Source: Dehalococcoidia bacterium
GTDB lineage: Bacteria > Chloroflexota > Dehalococcoidia > Plut-88900
NCBI GenBank assembly: GCA_965207225.1
Contig: CBDBLV010000004.1
Location: 192,001-256,000 of the forward strand
DNA: 64,000 nucleotides
Direction: 5' to 3'
The stretch's first letter is position 1, and every line of letters begins with the position of its first letter. A model generated the notes under the pieces. The model ran no database searches. It saw nothing but the letters and a program-made list of their open reading frames with translations, and had not been told where the DNA came from. Of the stretch, positions 8,360 to 18,123 are shown one piece after another. Position numbers and translations under genes: made by a program.

Positions 8360-10108
8360 ATGCTAGCCGCCTTCCAAAGGCTTCTGCCGCGGGACTGGAA
8401 ACTCAACGGGACCACGGACAGGCGCCTGCTCTTGTTCAGGATTCGCCAGCAGGGCATCTATCCGGCCCTTGCTATACCGGCAATCCTGGTCATGCTCCTG
8501 TTCTTCGTCATCCCACTGGTCAGGATGGTGGGCGTGAGTTTTGGGGATGGCGAGTTCTCCACGGCGTACTACGAAAGGGCGCTGACTAACCCTATCTATC
8601 AACGGATGTTCCGTACTACTGCGGAACTGGCCGTCACTACGACTATTGCGTGCATCATATTCGGGTATCCGATTGCCTACTACCTAGCGACTCGGGCGGG
8701 GCGGTGGCGGGGTATTGTCCTGCTGATAGTCATAGTGCCGTTTATTACGAATTCGATAGCGAGCACGTACACCTGGCGGGTGATACTCGGGCGACGGGGT
8801 CCGGTCAACGAGTTCGTGCAACTCATAGGGCTCGTGGACGAACCGCTAGAGCTGCTGTGGACGCGGATGGCAGTGGAAATCGGGATGATGCAGCTCTTCC
8901 TTCCATTCATGGTGCTGCCCCTTTACGCCGTCATGCGAAACATTCCCAGGAGCTTGACAGCCGTGGCCGAAAGCATGGGTGCGACCCCCCTGAAGAGCTT
9001 CTGGCGAGTCTACTTGCCCTTGAGTATTCCGGGGATATGGGCGGGATCTCTGCTGGTCTTCATCCTGAGTGCGGGGAGTTCCATTGCGCCCACGGTGCTT
9101 GGCGGCATCAAGGACCAGGGAATCGCGTCCTATCTGTCGGGGACAGGGGGGTTCAGTGCAGCACTAGCCATAATCTTGCTGACGGCCATTCTGATCCTGT
9201 TCCTGATCTTCGCTCGACTGATCGGGTTCGGGTCGATCTACGGCGCGGGGGAGGCCCTGATTCGCTCCTCCTCGATCGAAACCTCTTATCGGGCCCCGCG
9301 CCGGGTTCCGTTGAATCTGCTGGTGGGTCTTCTATGCGCCTTTCTCGTTCTGCCCAGCCTGATAGTAATCCCATTAGCCTTCAACAAGTCTGCGTTTGTG
9401 ATTTTCCCTCCCAAGGCCTATAGCATCGACTGGATCAAGGCTTTCTTTATCAGTGATCCGATCACCCCCGTCAACTGGATTACGTCGACGTCCACGAGCC
9501 TGCAACTGGCTTTCATTACGGTGTTAATTGCCGTGCCATTCGGCGGGATGGTGGCCTATGGACTGGCCCGGGGGTCGTTCCCGGGGCGAGGGCTCCTGGG
9601 GTCCTTCGTCATCCTTCCGCTAATAGTGCCGGCTACGCTAACTGCGCTGGCACTCTTCTATTTCTATTCGTTTAACATGCGCCCGCTGGTGGGAACGGTA
9701 ATCGGAATAGCTCTGCCCCACGTGGTCCTGGCGATACCCTACGTGGTGATTATCCTGACGGCGACGCTCAGGGGAATCGACCAGGTGCACGAACAGGCGG
9801 CAATGAGCCTGGGGGCCAACAGGTTCACGGCGTTACGCAGGGTAATCCTGCCTCAAATAATGCCCGGAATCACGGTGGCGACATTCTTTGCCTTTCTTGT
9901 CTCCTTCTACGAGGTGCCCATAGCGGTCTTCCTCAAAGACCCGTTCCTAAGGACTCTGCCGATGAACCTTTGGAACGGCGTCACGGTGGAGTTTGCGCCA
10001 ATGATGGCCGCAGTGTCATTCATCCTGCTGGTATTTGCCGGCCTTATGCTCATGGGGATCCTGTTTTTCAGGAGTCGGCTGTCGAGGCAGCCGAGCCAAG
10101 AGGTCTGA
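8360..10108 (+). CDS. Fused double ABC permease (PotB+PotC-like)
   Basis: Two BPD_transp_1-type halves, each with an EAA loop (VAESMGA...; EQAAMSLGA...), and many hydrophobic helices. Start codon uncertain. Confidence 0.88.
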   Translation: MLAAFQRLLPRDWKLNGTTDRRLLLFRIRQQGIYPALAIPAILVMLLFFVIPLVRMVGVSFGDGEFSTAYYERALTNPIYQRMFRTTAELAVTTTIACIIFGYPIAYYLATRAGRWRGIVLLIVIVPFITNSIASTYTWRVILGRRGPVNEFVQLIGLVDEPLELLWTRMAVEIGMMQLFLPFMVLPLYAVMRNIPRSLTAVAESMGATPLKSFWRVYLPLSIPGIWAGSLLVFILSAGSSIAPTVLGGIKDQGIASYLSGTGGFSAALAIILLTAILILFLIFARLIGFGSIYGAGEALIRSSSIETSYRAPRRVPLNLLVGLLCAFLVLPSLIVIPLAFNKSAFVIFPPKAYSIDWIKAFFISDPITPVNWITSTSTSLQLAFITVLIAVPFGGMVAYGLARGSFPGRGLLGSFVILPLIVPATLTALALFYFYSFNMRPLVGTVIGIALPHVVLAIPYVVIILTATLRGIDQVHEQAAMSLGANRFTALRRVILPQIMPGITVATFFAFLVSFYEVPIAVFLKDPFLRTLPMNLWNGVTVEFAPMMAAVSFILLVFAGLMLMGILFFRSRLSRQPSQEV

Positions 10109-10136
10109 CGACTCATAACAGGGCAGGGAGGACAAG

Positions 10137-10553
10137 ATGGAGTACGACGACGCACGCACTTTTCTCTCAACAAACTTTGATGCAGTGGTGAACACGTTCA
10201 GGAGGTCGGGGGCGATCCAGACGAGCGTGGTCAAGGCAGGCGCCTACCAGGGCGGGGCGGTGTTCGTGGCGATTGGGAACTCGGCGAAGCTGAAGAACCT
10301 GCGTCGGGACCCGAGGTGTACCGTGACAGTGGTGAGCCCGCACTGGGACCGCTGGTGCGCCGTCGAGGGCACTGTTGTCATCCGGGACTGGGAGAACACC
10401 GACCACGAAGCTCTAAGGGTGGAGCTACGAGAGGCCTTCGTTGCATGTGGCGGCGCTCACGATGACTGGGAAGAGTATGACCGGGTGATGAGGGAAGACC
10501 GTCGGGCGATAGTGGTGGTCAGTGGGGACCACGTATACGGGCAGGGGATCTAG
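10137..10553 (+). CDS. PPOX-class (split beta-barrel) putative F420-dependent oxidoreductase
   Basis: T.RRSG..Q.S.V, K.KNLRRDPRCTV, 'H.DWEEY...M..DRR' pattern of the TIGR03618-like family; GGGAGG RBS. Confidence 0.85.
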   Translation: MEYDDARTFLSTNFDAVVNTFRRSGAIQTSVVKAGAYQGGAVFVAIGNSAKLKNLRRDPRCTVTVVSPHWDRWCAVEGTVVIRDWENTDHEALRVELREAFVACGGAHDDWEEYDRVMREDRRAIVVVSGDHVYGQGI

Positions 10554-11449
10554 CCCAGCATCTTCAGCGCGCCTGCCTCTACGGATATCTCGGCGGGGGT
10601 CTGGGAGACCTTTTCCCCATCTGCCCAGATGGGCATTGGGGCCTCGGTCTCCAGTTTGAGGCTTTTCACCCTGTGAATCGAGACCGCGGGATGCCTGGTA
10701 TGACCGCCCTTGAAGACCCGGGGCAGGATCATCACCACGTCGCATCTTGAGACTGACTTTACGAGGCACACGTCCAGCATGCCATCATTGGGGAGGGCAT
10801 CGGGGGCGATGTGCATGTTGCCGCCGTACTGTCGGGTGTTGGCGGTCGCGGTCAGGAACGTCCGGCCGGAGTAGCTCAAGCCGTCACCTTCCAGGCTAAC
10901 CTGAACGTCCCTGTAGCGGAACAGTTGCAGGAAGATGGCGTAGAGATACGAAGGGGTGCCCTTGAGAAAGCGAGGCACATGGCCGTCGGCAACGTACTGG
11001 CTCACGGTGCTGTCGAAGCCCAGAGTTGCGACCGTAGCGAAGTACCTGCCACCTACAACACCCAAGTCAACAAGCCTGGTTTTGCCGGACAAGATGAGGT
11101 CTCGGATTTCCACAGCAGTCTTTGGGAGGCCAAGGGCCGTTGCGAAGTCGTTGCACCTGCCAGAAGGCGCAACCCCGACGGTCACGTTATGTCCTCCGTG
11201 GCCGGACATCACCCCGTTGATCACCTCGTGGAGCGTACCGTCGCCGCCACAAGCCAGGACGCCTGCGATGCCATTCTCCACTGCCGCAGCCGCCATTGAT
11301 TCGGCATCACCGGGAGCTGTGGTGTAAAGGACATCGCTGGGAATATCGGCGCCAGTGAGGAGATTTCCGATGCGCTCTGCGAGTCGCAGGCTGGCACCCT
11401 TGCCGGAGGTCGGGTTGGCAATGATGGTCCACGAATCGCTGCTAACCAT
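10550..11449 (-). CDS. Diacylglycerol/lipid kinase family protein (YegS/DgkB-like)
   Basis: NPTSG, GGDGTLHEVING, PSGRCNDFA, GG...AP.A...DG.LD and DGE motifs. Start moved to ATG 11449, 2 nt after the upstream stop. Confidence 0.9.
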   Translation of the reverse strand: MVSSDSWTIIANPTSGKGASLRLAERIGNLLTGADIPSDVLYTTAPGDAESMAAAAVENGIAGVLACGGDGTLHEVINGVMSGHGGHNVTVGVAPSGRCNDFATALGLPKTAVEIRDLILSGKTRLVDLGVVGGRYFATVATLGFDSTVSQYVADGHVPRFLKGTPSYLYAIFLQLFRYRDVQVSLEGDGLSYSGRTFLTATANTRQYGGNMHIAPDALPNDGMLDVCLVKSVSRCDVVMILPRVFKGGHTRHPAVSIHRVKSLKLETEAPMPIWADGEKVSQTPAEISVEAGALKMLG

Positions 11450-11451
11450 TG

Positions 11452-13038
11452 CTAGGTCACGTCGCAGAGGAAGATGGGCGGGTAGTGAAACATTGAGACC
11501 TCGGGGGAGGGGCCGACGCTGTCCCTGGCCATCTCGAGGGCGGTGGGGACGTCGGGGGCAGTCTCGTAGCCCAGCCGCTCGGCGACAGACTTGTCCCTGG
11601 CACCTGCCACGATGACCCGACCCAGGTAGTCCTGCCCGTAGCAAGCCCAGTACCACATATAGAAGGGATGCACGCCGTGGTAGGCGTAGGACTCCCGATA
11701 GAGTCGTCGATACCGCTCATCGTCTGCATACACCGCTTCGAAGCGCTTTTCGATTTCGGCGGCGTCCTGGGTCTGGGGGAGGATGTTGTTGTAGAAGTCG
11801 ATATAGGAGGGGTGGTGGGTGGCGTTGAAACGCTCGTCCAAGGGGTGGGTGAAGATGAGCACTCCTCCCCGTTTAACCAGCGGTTTGCCCCGGTACATGT
11901 TGAAGCTGTAGCCGAGGGCCAGGGTGTGGATAAGCAAGGGGTTCAGGAAGGAGTTGACGTTGTAGGGACAGAGGTAGGGCAGGCCCATGACCATTACGTC
12001 GGCCTGGCCCTCAACCGGGACGGTCTGCTGCTTGAACAGGGTGGACAGGATCTGATCATGGACCATGTCCGTGTCGCCGGCGGCGACGTCCAGAAGGCCG
12101 TAGGGCGAGCGGAGGTTCTGGAAGATCTGCCATCTAAGGTAGAAGGGCGCGATATTCAGGGCCGGGCGGTTGACACCGAAGGTGATTTTGTCGATGAGAT
12201 TCCAGTCCGACTCCTGCTTCTGCAGGTGGGACAGTATCGAGGGAAAGGTGTTGGAGTTAAGCGCGGTCTCGATCTTGAAGACGTTCAGGTTCTTTGCCAC
12301 GACCTTGCCCATGCCGTTGACCGAATCGTGGAGGGCCGAACGGGTCGGGTCCATGTAGGACTCACAGCGCATCAGGGTGTGTACGTTATGGTGGTGACGG
12401 ATGGTCTTGTAGCTGACGAGGCCCGTGTTAATGGACTTGTGGCCCCCGTCCATGGATGAGAGGTTGATGTTGACGTAGATGAGCAAGTCTGAGTCGGCGA
12501 TCCGTTTTGAGGTCTCCACCTCTTCGCCGTGCTCGGTGGCGCCCAGGACAACGAGATTGTCACGGTCTTCAGCATCAAAGTTGTAGAGCCTGTCGGGATG
12601 GAAGCGGTTGAAGACCTTCCTACCAAGGGCTCTCTTCAATTCGCCGGGCGTCATGCGCCTATGGAGGCCAAGGGCAGCGACGAGGTGGATATCATCGACG
12701 CCCTTTTCGGCGAGGACTTTGAGCACTGCTTCGACGATGCGCTGGCGCATGTCGGGTCGGGTCATGGGGGGGAGGGGAAGGGAGATATCGTCGAAGGCGA
12801 TGGTCACCTTCATGCCGGGCCTGAGATGTTCGGACAGGGGGTCCTGGCCCAAGGGGTTTTCGAGGGCGTTGGCTATCGCAGCGTCGGGGTCTTTGATAGC
12901 GGGGAGGGGGGGTGGGGGGTAGATGACACGGGCTCCGACGGGCAGCTCCTCGTACCGGAAGGACTCCCCGTGGTGCATGAGGAATCGCTGCCCGGGCTTT
13001 TCCACCCGCTTAACCAGTTTGCTCTTGTCTATTTCCAA
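11452..13038 (-). CDS. Lactate racemase (LarA/DUF2088) domain protein
   Basis: AL..P.G...L, IAFDDISLP, ALGLHRRM and DGGHKS motifs of the LarA N-terminal domain. Confidence 0.8.
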   Translation of the reverse strand: MEIDKSKLVKRVEKPGQRFLMHHGESFRYEELPVGARVIYPPPPLPAIKDPDAAIANALENPLGQDPLSEHLRPGMKVTIAFDDISLPLPPMTRPDMRQRIVEAVLKVLAEKGVDDIHLVAALGLHRRMTPGELKRALGRKVFNRFHPDRLYNFDAEDRDNLVVLGATEHGEEVETSKRIADSDLLIYVNINLSSMDGGHKSINTGLVSYKTIRHHHNVHTLMRCESYMDPTRSALHDSVNGMGKVVAKNLNVFKIETALNSNTFPSILSHLQKQESDWNLIDKITFGVNRPALNIAPFYLRWQIFQNLRSPYGLLDVAAGDTDMVHDQILSTLFKQQTVPVEGQADVMVMGLPYLCPYNVNSFLNPLLIHTLALGYSFNMYRGKPLVKRGGVLIFTHPLDERFNATHHPSYIDFYNNILPQTQDAAEIEKRFEAVYADDERYRRLYRESYAYHGVHPFYMWYWACYGQDYLGRVIVAGARDKSVAERLGYETAPDVPTALEMARDSVGPSPEVSMFHYPPIFLCDVT

Positions 13039-13087
13039 ATCAACACCTTTATGGACAGGGCCTTGACGTTAGTGTAGCAAGCCTGAT

Positions 13088-14314
13088 TCAGCCGGGAAAG
13101 GAGAAGGCCACCTTGGCCCCACCCAGCCTCCCGGCCCGTCCTGCGATTACCAAGGCATCCTTGTAGCGACGGATGGGAAACCGGTGAGTGACGAGGGCCG
13201 CCAGCCGGTCACGCAGTTCCTGGTTTTTCATCAGACGAATTGCCAAGTCGAAAGTCTTGACGTGCTCGTTTGCAGTGTGTTCCAGGCCGTAGGCATAGGC
13301 GCCGGTGAGGCGCACCTGCTGGTGCCACAGGGGGGTGAGGTCGGTGCGGGCGTCAGAGGGCATGCCTAGAGCTACTACGGCGCCATTCTCCTCCGTCCAC
13401 CTGACGGCGTCATCCAGGGCCGCGGAGCTCCCGACACACTCGTAGACGACGGGAAATCCACCAACCACCGCGGGTTTCTCCCGAATGACCGGCAAAAGCT
13501 TTGCTCCAACTTCGCCAGCAAGCTGCTCGTAGCCGTTCACGCCGGGAGGGTAGACGGTGTCGGCGCCCAGGGCCCGGGCGGTGGTGGCCTGGGAGGGGTA
13601 CTTGGCGACGGCGATGATGCGGGTGTCGGGTCTCAGGGCCCTCAGGGCGGCGATGGTCAAGAGGCCAACCACACCACACCCGAGGACCAGCGCAGGACCC
13701 GGCTCAGCGGGTTCTGCCCGGAGCACGCCGTGAATGGCGCAGGAGAGGGGTTCAATAAGCACTGAGGCCTGGTCGGAGAAATCAGTCGGGACGGGGTGGA
13801 GCTGGGAGACATGAGCAACAAATCTCTCTCCCCAGCCACCCGGCAGGCTCCTACAATACCCGGTCTGCAAACCCGCACCCACCGCTCCTTCCGTAGCCCG
13901 TATACAGTTTGCATAGCGACCGGCTGCACAGGCGGGACAGGCTTCGGAAAAGCCCCTGACCGTGCACCCGAGAGCCGGTTCTATTGCTACACGGTCACCG
14001 ACCTTGAAACCCTGGACTTGTGCTCCGGTCTCGATTATCTCGCCCACAACCTCGTGGCCGGGGACGAAGGGAAAGGAGGTGAAGCCAGAGAGGTAAAGAC
14101 TGCCCTTGCTCTTAATCACTGCAAGGTCCGAGCCACAGATGCCGCTAAGGATGGTGCGCAATTTGACCCAATCCGGGCGGGGGAGCTGGGGTTCGGGAAC
14201 ATCTTTCAGGCGAAGGAGGCTGGTCGGGCCGAGGGCGAATCGGGGGAAGGGCCCGGACAGAACCCGGGTCAGAAGATACCGAGGTACGCTCTTGTAAATG
14301 ACCAGGGCTTTCAC
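13088..14314 (-). CDS. Zinc-dependent medium-chain alcohol dehydrogenase
   Basis: GICGSD, GHEVVG, four-Cys structural Zn site, GCGVVG nucleotide-binding motif. Confidence 0.9.
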   Translation of the reverse strand: MKALVIYKSVPRYLLTRVLSGPFPRFALGPTSLLRLKDVPEPQLPRPDWVKLRTILSGICGSDLAVIKSKGSLYLSGFTSFPFVPGHEVVGEIIETGAQVQGFKVGDRVAIEPALGCTVRGFSEACPACAAGRYANCIRATEGAVGAGLQTGYCRSLPGGWGERFVAHVSQLHPVPTDFSDQASVLIEPLSCAIHGVLRAEPAEPGPALVLGCGVVGLLTIAALRALRPDTRIIAVAKYPSQATTARALGADTVYPPGVNGYEQLAGEVGAKLLPVIREKPAVVGGFPVVYECVGSSAALDDAVRWTEENGAVVALGMPSDARTDLTPLWHQQVRLTGAYAYGLEHTANEHVKTFDLAIRLMKNQELRDRLAALVTHRFPIRRYKDALVIAGRAGRLGGAKVAFSFPG

Positions 14315-14371
14315 GGTTATCTGGGAGTTGCGTCGGTTTGAATCATCTCTTGAGCCTTAAAGCCGGACCAA

Positions 14372-15067
14372 CTAAGACGGTTTGCCCTTGCTCGTCCAGT
14401 GTCGCACGGGCCAGCCTCGGGAGCGGGCGAGTTTCTCAAGACGACGCTCGGGGTTCACCGCAACCGGATGTCCGACCAGCTCAAGGAGTGGCAGGTCGGA
14501 CATATCGTCTGCATAGGCGTAGGACTCGGAGAGGTCTACGCCTGATTGGGTTGCCCAGGTTTCGGCGGCCTCGGCCTTGGCAGTGCCGCTCAGGGGTCCT
14601 GACGACAATTCTCCAGTGAATCGCCCCGCCGACACCCCGCAGCGGGAGGCCATCACTTCGTCGGCCTGGAGAAGTTCGCCCAAAGGGACGACCATTTCGA
14701 AAAGTCCGCCAGTCAGAAGCACAACTTTGTGACCTTGTTCTCGGTGCCTGTTGACCTGGTCTCGTGCCTCTTGAAAAAGGTGTCGGGACCAATAAGCGCG
14801 GCCGGGGCCCTGGGTCCAGCGTTCCATGGCTTCCACGGAGACTCCATTGTAATTCTTGAAGAACCTCTCGATAAAACGCACGCGGTCGAGCCAGTCCAGG
14901 TAGGCGTAGAGAGGCGCTTTGGCCAGCACGCCCCCCACCGAGATGGCCTTGCCCAATAGGCTCTTGCCGTCCAAGGTGAAGTCCAGATACGCGTCGAGAA
15001 GGTTGGAAGAAGCACTGGTGCGGTCTACGTCGAAGAAGGCTGCCGGGTGGGCGTTAGTCGGGCCCAT
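14372..15067 (-). CDS. HAD-IB (SerB-like) phosphatase
   Basis: FFDVDRT motif I, LLTGG motif II, K...A, YADDMSDLPLLE.VG.P.AVNP motif IV. Start at ATG 15067 overlaps the upstream stop. Confidence 0.85.
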   Translation of the reverse strand: MGPTNAHPAAFFDVDRTSASSNLLDAYLDFTLDGKSLLGKAISVGGVLAKAPLYAYLDWLDRVRFIERFFKNYNGVSVEAMERWTQGPGRAYWSRHLFQEARDQVNRHREQGHKVVLLTGGLFEMVVPLGELLQADEVMASRCGVSAGRFTGELSSGPLSGTAKAEAAETWATQSGVDLSESYAYADDMSDLPLLELVGHPVAVNPERRLEKLARSRGWPVRHWTSKGKPS

Positions 15068-17303
15068 GCAGAGCCTCAACTGCAGCCTGGACTTCGCCGG
15101 TGACCTCCCGGGTAAGCTCTCCGAGGGCCCTGGGGTCGTTCCCATTGGCTTTGCCCGAGGAGTGAAGGGGCTGACCGAACCGGATGATAACGGGACGGCG
15201 CTTTACGAACCAGGAGCCCTTGGGCATGGCCTTGTCGGAGCCGACGATGAGGGTGGGAATGACGGGGGCGTCGGACATCAGGGCGAGGAAGCCGATCCCG
15301 TTCTTGAACGGCTGCATTAGGCCGGGCTGGCCCCTGCTTCCCTCGGGATAGAAGACCAAAGAGTGGCCTTTCTCAAGCACGGCAAGGGCCAGTCCGAGCT
15401 CTTCCCGAGCGGTTGACTGCCTATTGAATGGGATGGCGTTGAAGAGGATGCGCACGGTGCGGGCCATGAAGGGGTTTTCGAAGAAGTAGTCCTTGGCGGC
15501 GACGGGGTGGAGGTTGCGGGCCTTGGGGCCGAGAGCATGGAAGATGACGGGGGTGTCCATGTGGCTGTTATGGTTGGCAGCGATGATGAAGGGGCCGGAG
15601 TCGGGGACGTTATTCAATCCCTCGCAACGGAACCCGGTCCACCACCTGATAGCCCAGGTCATCGGCATGAACAGGGCCTTGCCGAGGGCCCGGGTCCACG
15701 GAGAGACTCTGAGCCACTTTTCGGCTTCCGCCTTGAGAGCAACGTCGGAGGCGCGGAGGGCCCTGGTGTCGGCGTCTGGCTCCATGCCCAGGAGGTATTT
15801 CTTGACGCCAGGTATGTGGACACCCTGGAGGTAGGTGGTCCAGTCAAGGCTGGCGATATCAAAGTCGAAGTGCTCCCGGTCGGACTCGTGGAGGGACTCC
15901 ATGACACTGCGGGTGTTGTTGGTGAGGAACTTGCAGTCCGCCTCGGCGTAGGGGCCGTAGAGCCGTCCGTACTGGTATAGACGCTCCAGGGAGAACATCT
16001 TTGACTTCAGCCTCGTACGGAAACGTCGGGCGTGAGGAATGAGGGAGAACGGTGTGGTGACTGCAATGGCTGCCCGGAGGGGCAGCATGTACTTCAGCCG
16101 GATCCGGCGAAGAAACTTGGGGGTGGTGGGGAAGGTGGGTTTGATCAGCTTCCTAGGCTTCCCATTTTCGTCTCCGGATACCGGGAAGGGGTTCATCTGG
16201 AAGTAGGCGTCCACCTGGTCCGCGAAACCCCCGAGCGTTATGGGGTTCTCCATCCCGGAAGCTATCTGGAAAACCTCCCGGGTATCGAACTCCGACGCCT
16301 TCGCAATGGTGGCGAGAATTGCGTTTGCCACCATGTCCACGGGGATGATATCGAGGATGCCGTTGCGATTGCCGGGAAAATCGATCATGCGGCCCCGGCC
16401 ATAGGCGACGATGAGGGGGTCGAGCATCCGGTAGCCGTTCAGCCAGCCTGGCAGGGGAGATTTCCAGGCCCCTTCGATGATTGCGGGCCTGATGATGGCG
16501 CCTCTCAGGCCCTCCGTGCTACGGACGAACATCTGCTCACCCATAGCCTTTGAAAAGGTGTAGACGTCCTGCCACCCGCGTCGGTGGGCCCACTCCATAC
16601 CAACTCTGCTCAACTCGCGGTCAAGGCGCTCCGACTCAGTGCGGTTGACTTCGGGACTCGAGCCCCTTATAGACCGTGCTTTCTCAAGGACGGCCGAAAC
16701 CTCCGTTTCCAAGTCATACGGGGACTGGGGAAGGCCGTTAATGTGACCGACCGTGCGGGTGGGGTCGGGGAGTTCCTCGGGGACAGGGCCTTTTCTAGTA
16801 GCGTTCACGTAGCAAGTCGAGACCTGGGCGAAGAATGCATCGTTGCAGCCCTTTGCGAAGTCGGCGATTCGTCGAGGGCCAAGGGTATTGAGTCCTACAG
16901 CCTTATCCAGGGGCGCATCGAAGGAGACCACGGCGGCGCAGTTGATGATGATGTCTACTTCGCGCTGGAGACGATCGTAAACCTCGGGCTCGAGGCCCAA
17001 TTTTTCGGAGGCCACGTCTCCGGAAACTGCCTGCACTTTGGCGTGGAAAAGACTATCAAAGGGGCCGCCGAGCCGGTCCTTCAAGGGGTCGAAGATCTGG
17101 GAATCGTAGACTTCCTGCTTAAGGCGCTCCTCAATGGAAACGGGGGAAGCGCCGGGTCGGGTCTTGGGCCGGACGAGGACGTAGACCTTTTCCACTTCGG
17201 CCAGATGGCTAAGGAATCTCTCCAAAAGCACCTTTCCCAGCAAGCCGGTGCCGCCAGTGAGAAGGACGGTCTTTCCCCTATAGAAGTCTTGAAGTTTCTG
17301 CAA
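15054..17303 (-). CDS. Fatty acyl-CoA reductase fused to a PlsC-type acyltransferase
   Basis: N-terminal TGGTGLLGK, VSTCYV and YTFSKAMGE (NAD_binding_4/male-sterility FAR) plus a Sterile-like domain; C-terminal NHNSHMD (HX4D) and FYPEGSR. Confidence 0.9.
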   Translation of the reverse strand: MQKLQDFYRGKTVLLTGGTGLLGKVLLERFLSHLAEVEKVYVLVRPKTRPGASPVSIEERLKQEVYDSQIFDPLKDRLGGPFDSLFHAKVQAVSGDVASEKLGLEPEVYDRLQREVDIIINCAAVVSFDAPLDKAVGLNTLGPRRIADFAKGCNDAFFAQVSTCYVNATRKGPVPEELPDPTRTVGHINGLPQSPYDLETEVSAVLEKARSIRGSSPEVNRTESERLDRELSRVGMEWAHRRGWQDVYTFSKAMGEQMFVRSTEGLRGAIIRPAIIEGAWKSPLPGWLNGYRMLDPLIVAYGRGRMIDFPGNRNGILDIIPVDMVANAILATIAKASEFDTREVFQIASGMENPITLGGFADQVDAYFQMNPFPVSGDENGKPRKLIKPTFPTTPKFLRRIRLKYMLPLRAAIAVTTPFSLIPHARRFRTRLKSKMFSLERLYQYGRLYGPYAEADCKFLTNNTRSVMESLHESDREHFDFDIASLDWTTYLQGVHIPGVKKYLLGMEPDADTRALRASDVALKAEAEKWLRVSPWTRALGKALFMPMTWAIRWWTGFRCEGLNNVPDSGPFIIAANHNSHMDTPVIFHALGPKARNLHPVAAKDYFFENPFMARTVRILFNAIPFNRQSTAREELGLALAVLEKGHSLVFYPEGSRGQPGLMQPFKNGIGFLALMSDAPVIPTLIVGSDKAMPKGSWFVKRRPVIIRFGQPLHSSGKANGNDPRALGELTREVTGEVQAAVEALHGPD

Positions 17304-17453
17304 ATGAATAGGTGAGGCTCGGCCAATGTGAAGGCCGATATCGGCCGGAGGCCTTTTATATCCGCCCAGGCCTCGGCGCTGCGCTCAGCGCGATGAATTA
17401 TAAATACAGGTGCGAAACTCGTCTATTGCGGACAGCAGTCGGGGAGAAGTCAT

Positions 17454-18020
17454 TCACTGGGCTGCGAGGATACTTGCGACGTCGGCAAGGCACTTGACCC
17501 GAGTCACGTTGGAGAGGTAATCGTAGTTGCGGTTCCTGGGCCAATCTCGTAGGAATACGGTTTTCAGGCCTTTACGGGACAGGATGTCGGCGACCCGGCC
17601 GTCATCATCGACAAACTCCTGTATACCGAGTCGGGAGCACGTTTGCCATTTGAAGTCGGGGGAGGGGAGCCCGAGGGAGTTGGCGTGGACCTCTTGAAAA
17701 AGGTCTGCAAACCCATGCCTCTTTAGCCAGGCGGTTATCAGATCTTTGCCCGTTGCGTTCCGGCTGGTCACGAGGACGGGGGTCCGGTATTTGCTAATGG
17801 CCTCGATGCCGGCGAGGGCGCCGGGCAAAGGTCGGCGCCCAAGATATTTCAGCTTCAGAAAGAGCTTCAGGGCCTGCAACATCAACCCTTGAGGCGATCT
17901 GCGATTCATCTGACGAGGATGGTACTCTCTGTAGGGCCCCGAGGCTATGGGCAGATTGAGGCCCAGGGGTGGTCGGCAGATCACGCCGTCCATGTCTATG
18001 CCGATCAGCGGCTTTTCCAT
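17454..18020 (-). CDS. HAD-superfamily hydrolase (5'-nucleotidase-like)
   Basis: IGIDMDGV, VTSR, K...C..LGI..FVDDD motifs. ATG 18020 preferred; GTG 18047 is an alternative. Confidence 0.75.
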   Translation of the reverse strand: MEKPLIGIDMDGVICRPPLGLNLPIASGPYREYHPRQMNRRSPQGLMLQALKLFLKLKYLGRRPLPGALAGIEAISKYRTPVLVTSRNATGKDLITAWLKRHGFADLFQEVHANSLGLPSPDFKWQTCSRLGIQEFVDDDGRVADILSRKGLKTVFLRDWPRNRNYDYLSNVTRVKCLADVASILAAQ

Positions 18021-18123
18021 CGGAATCCTTCGCGGAATTGTAGCCACATTTTAGCCCACAAAGTTCCCCGTGCTTAGCCATGTGTTACTATCCGCGCAGC
18101 AAACGGCACAGGAGGGCGAGATC

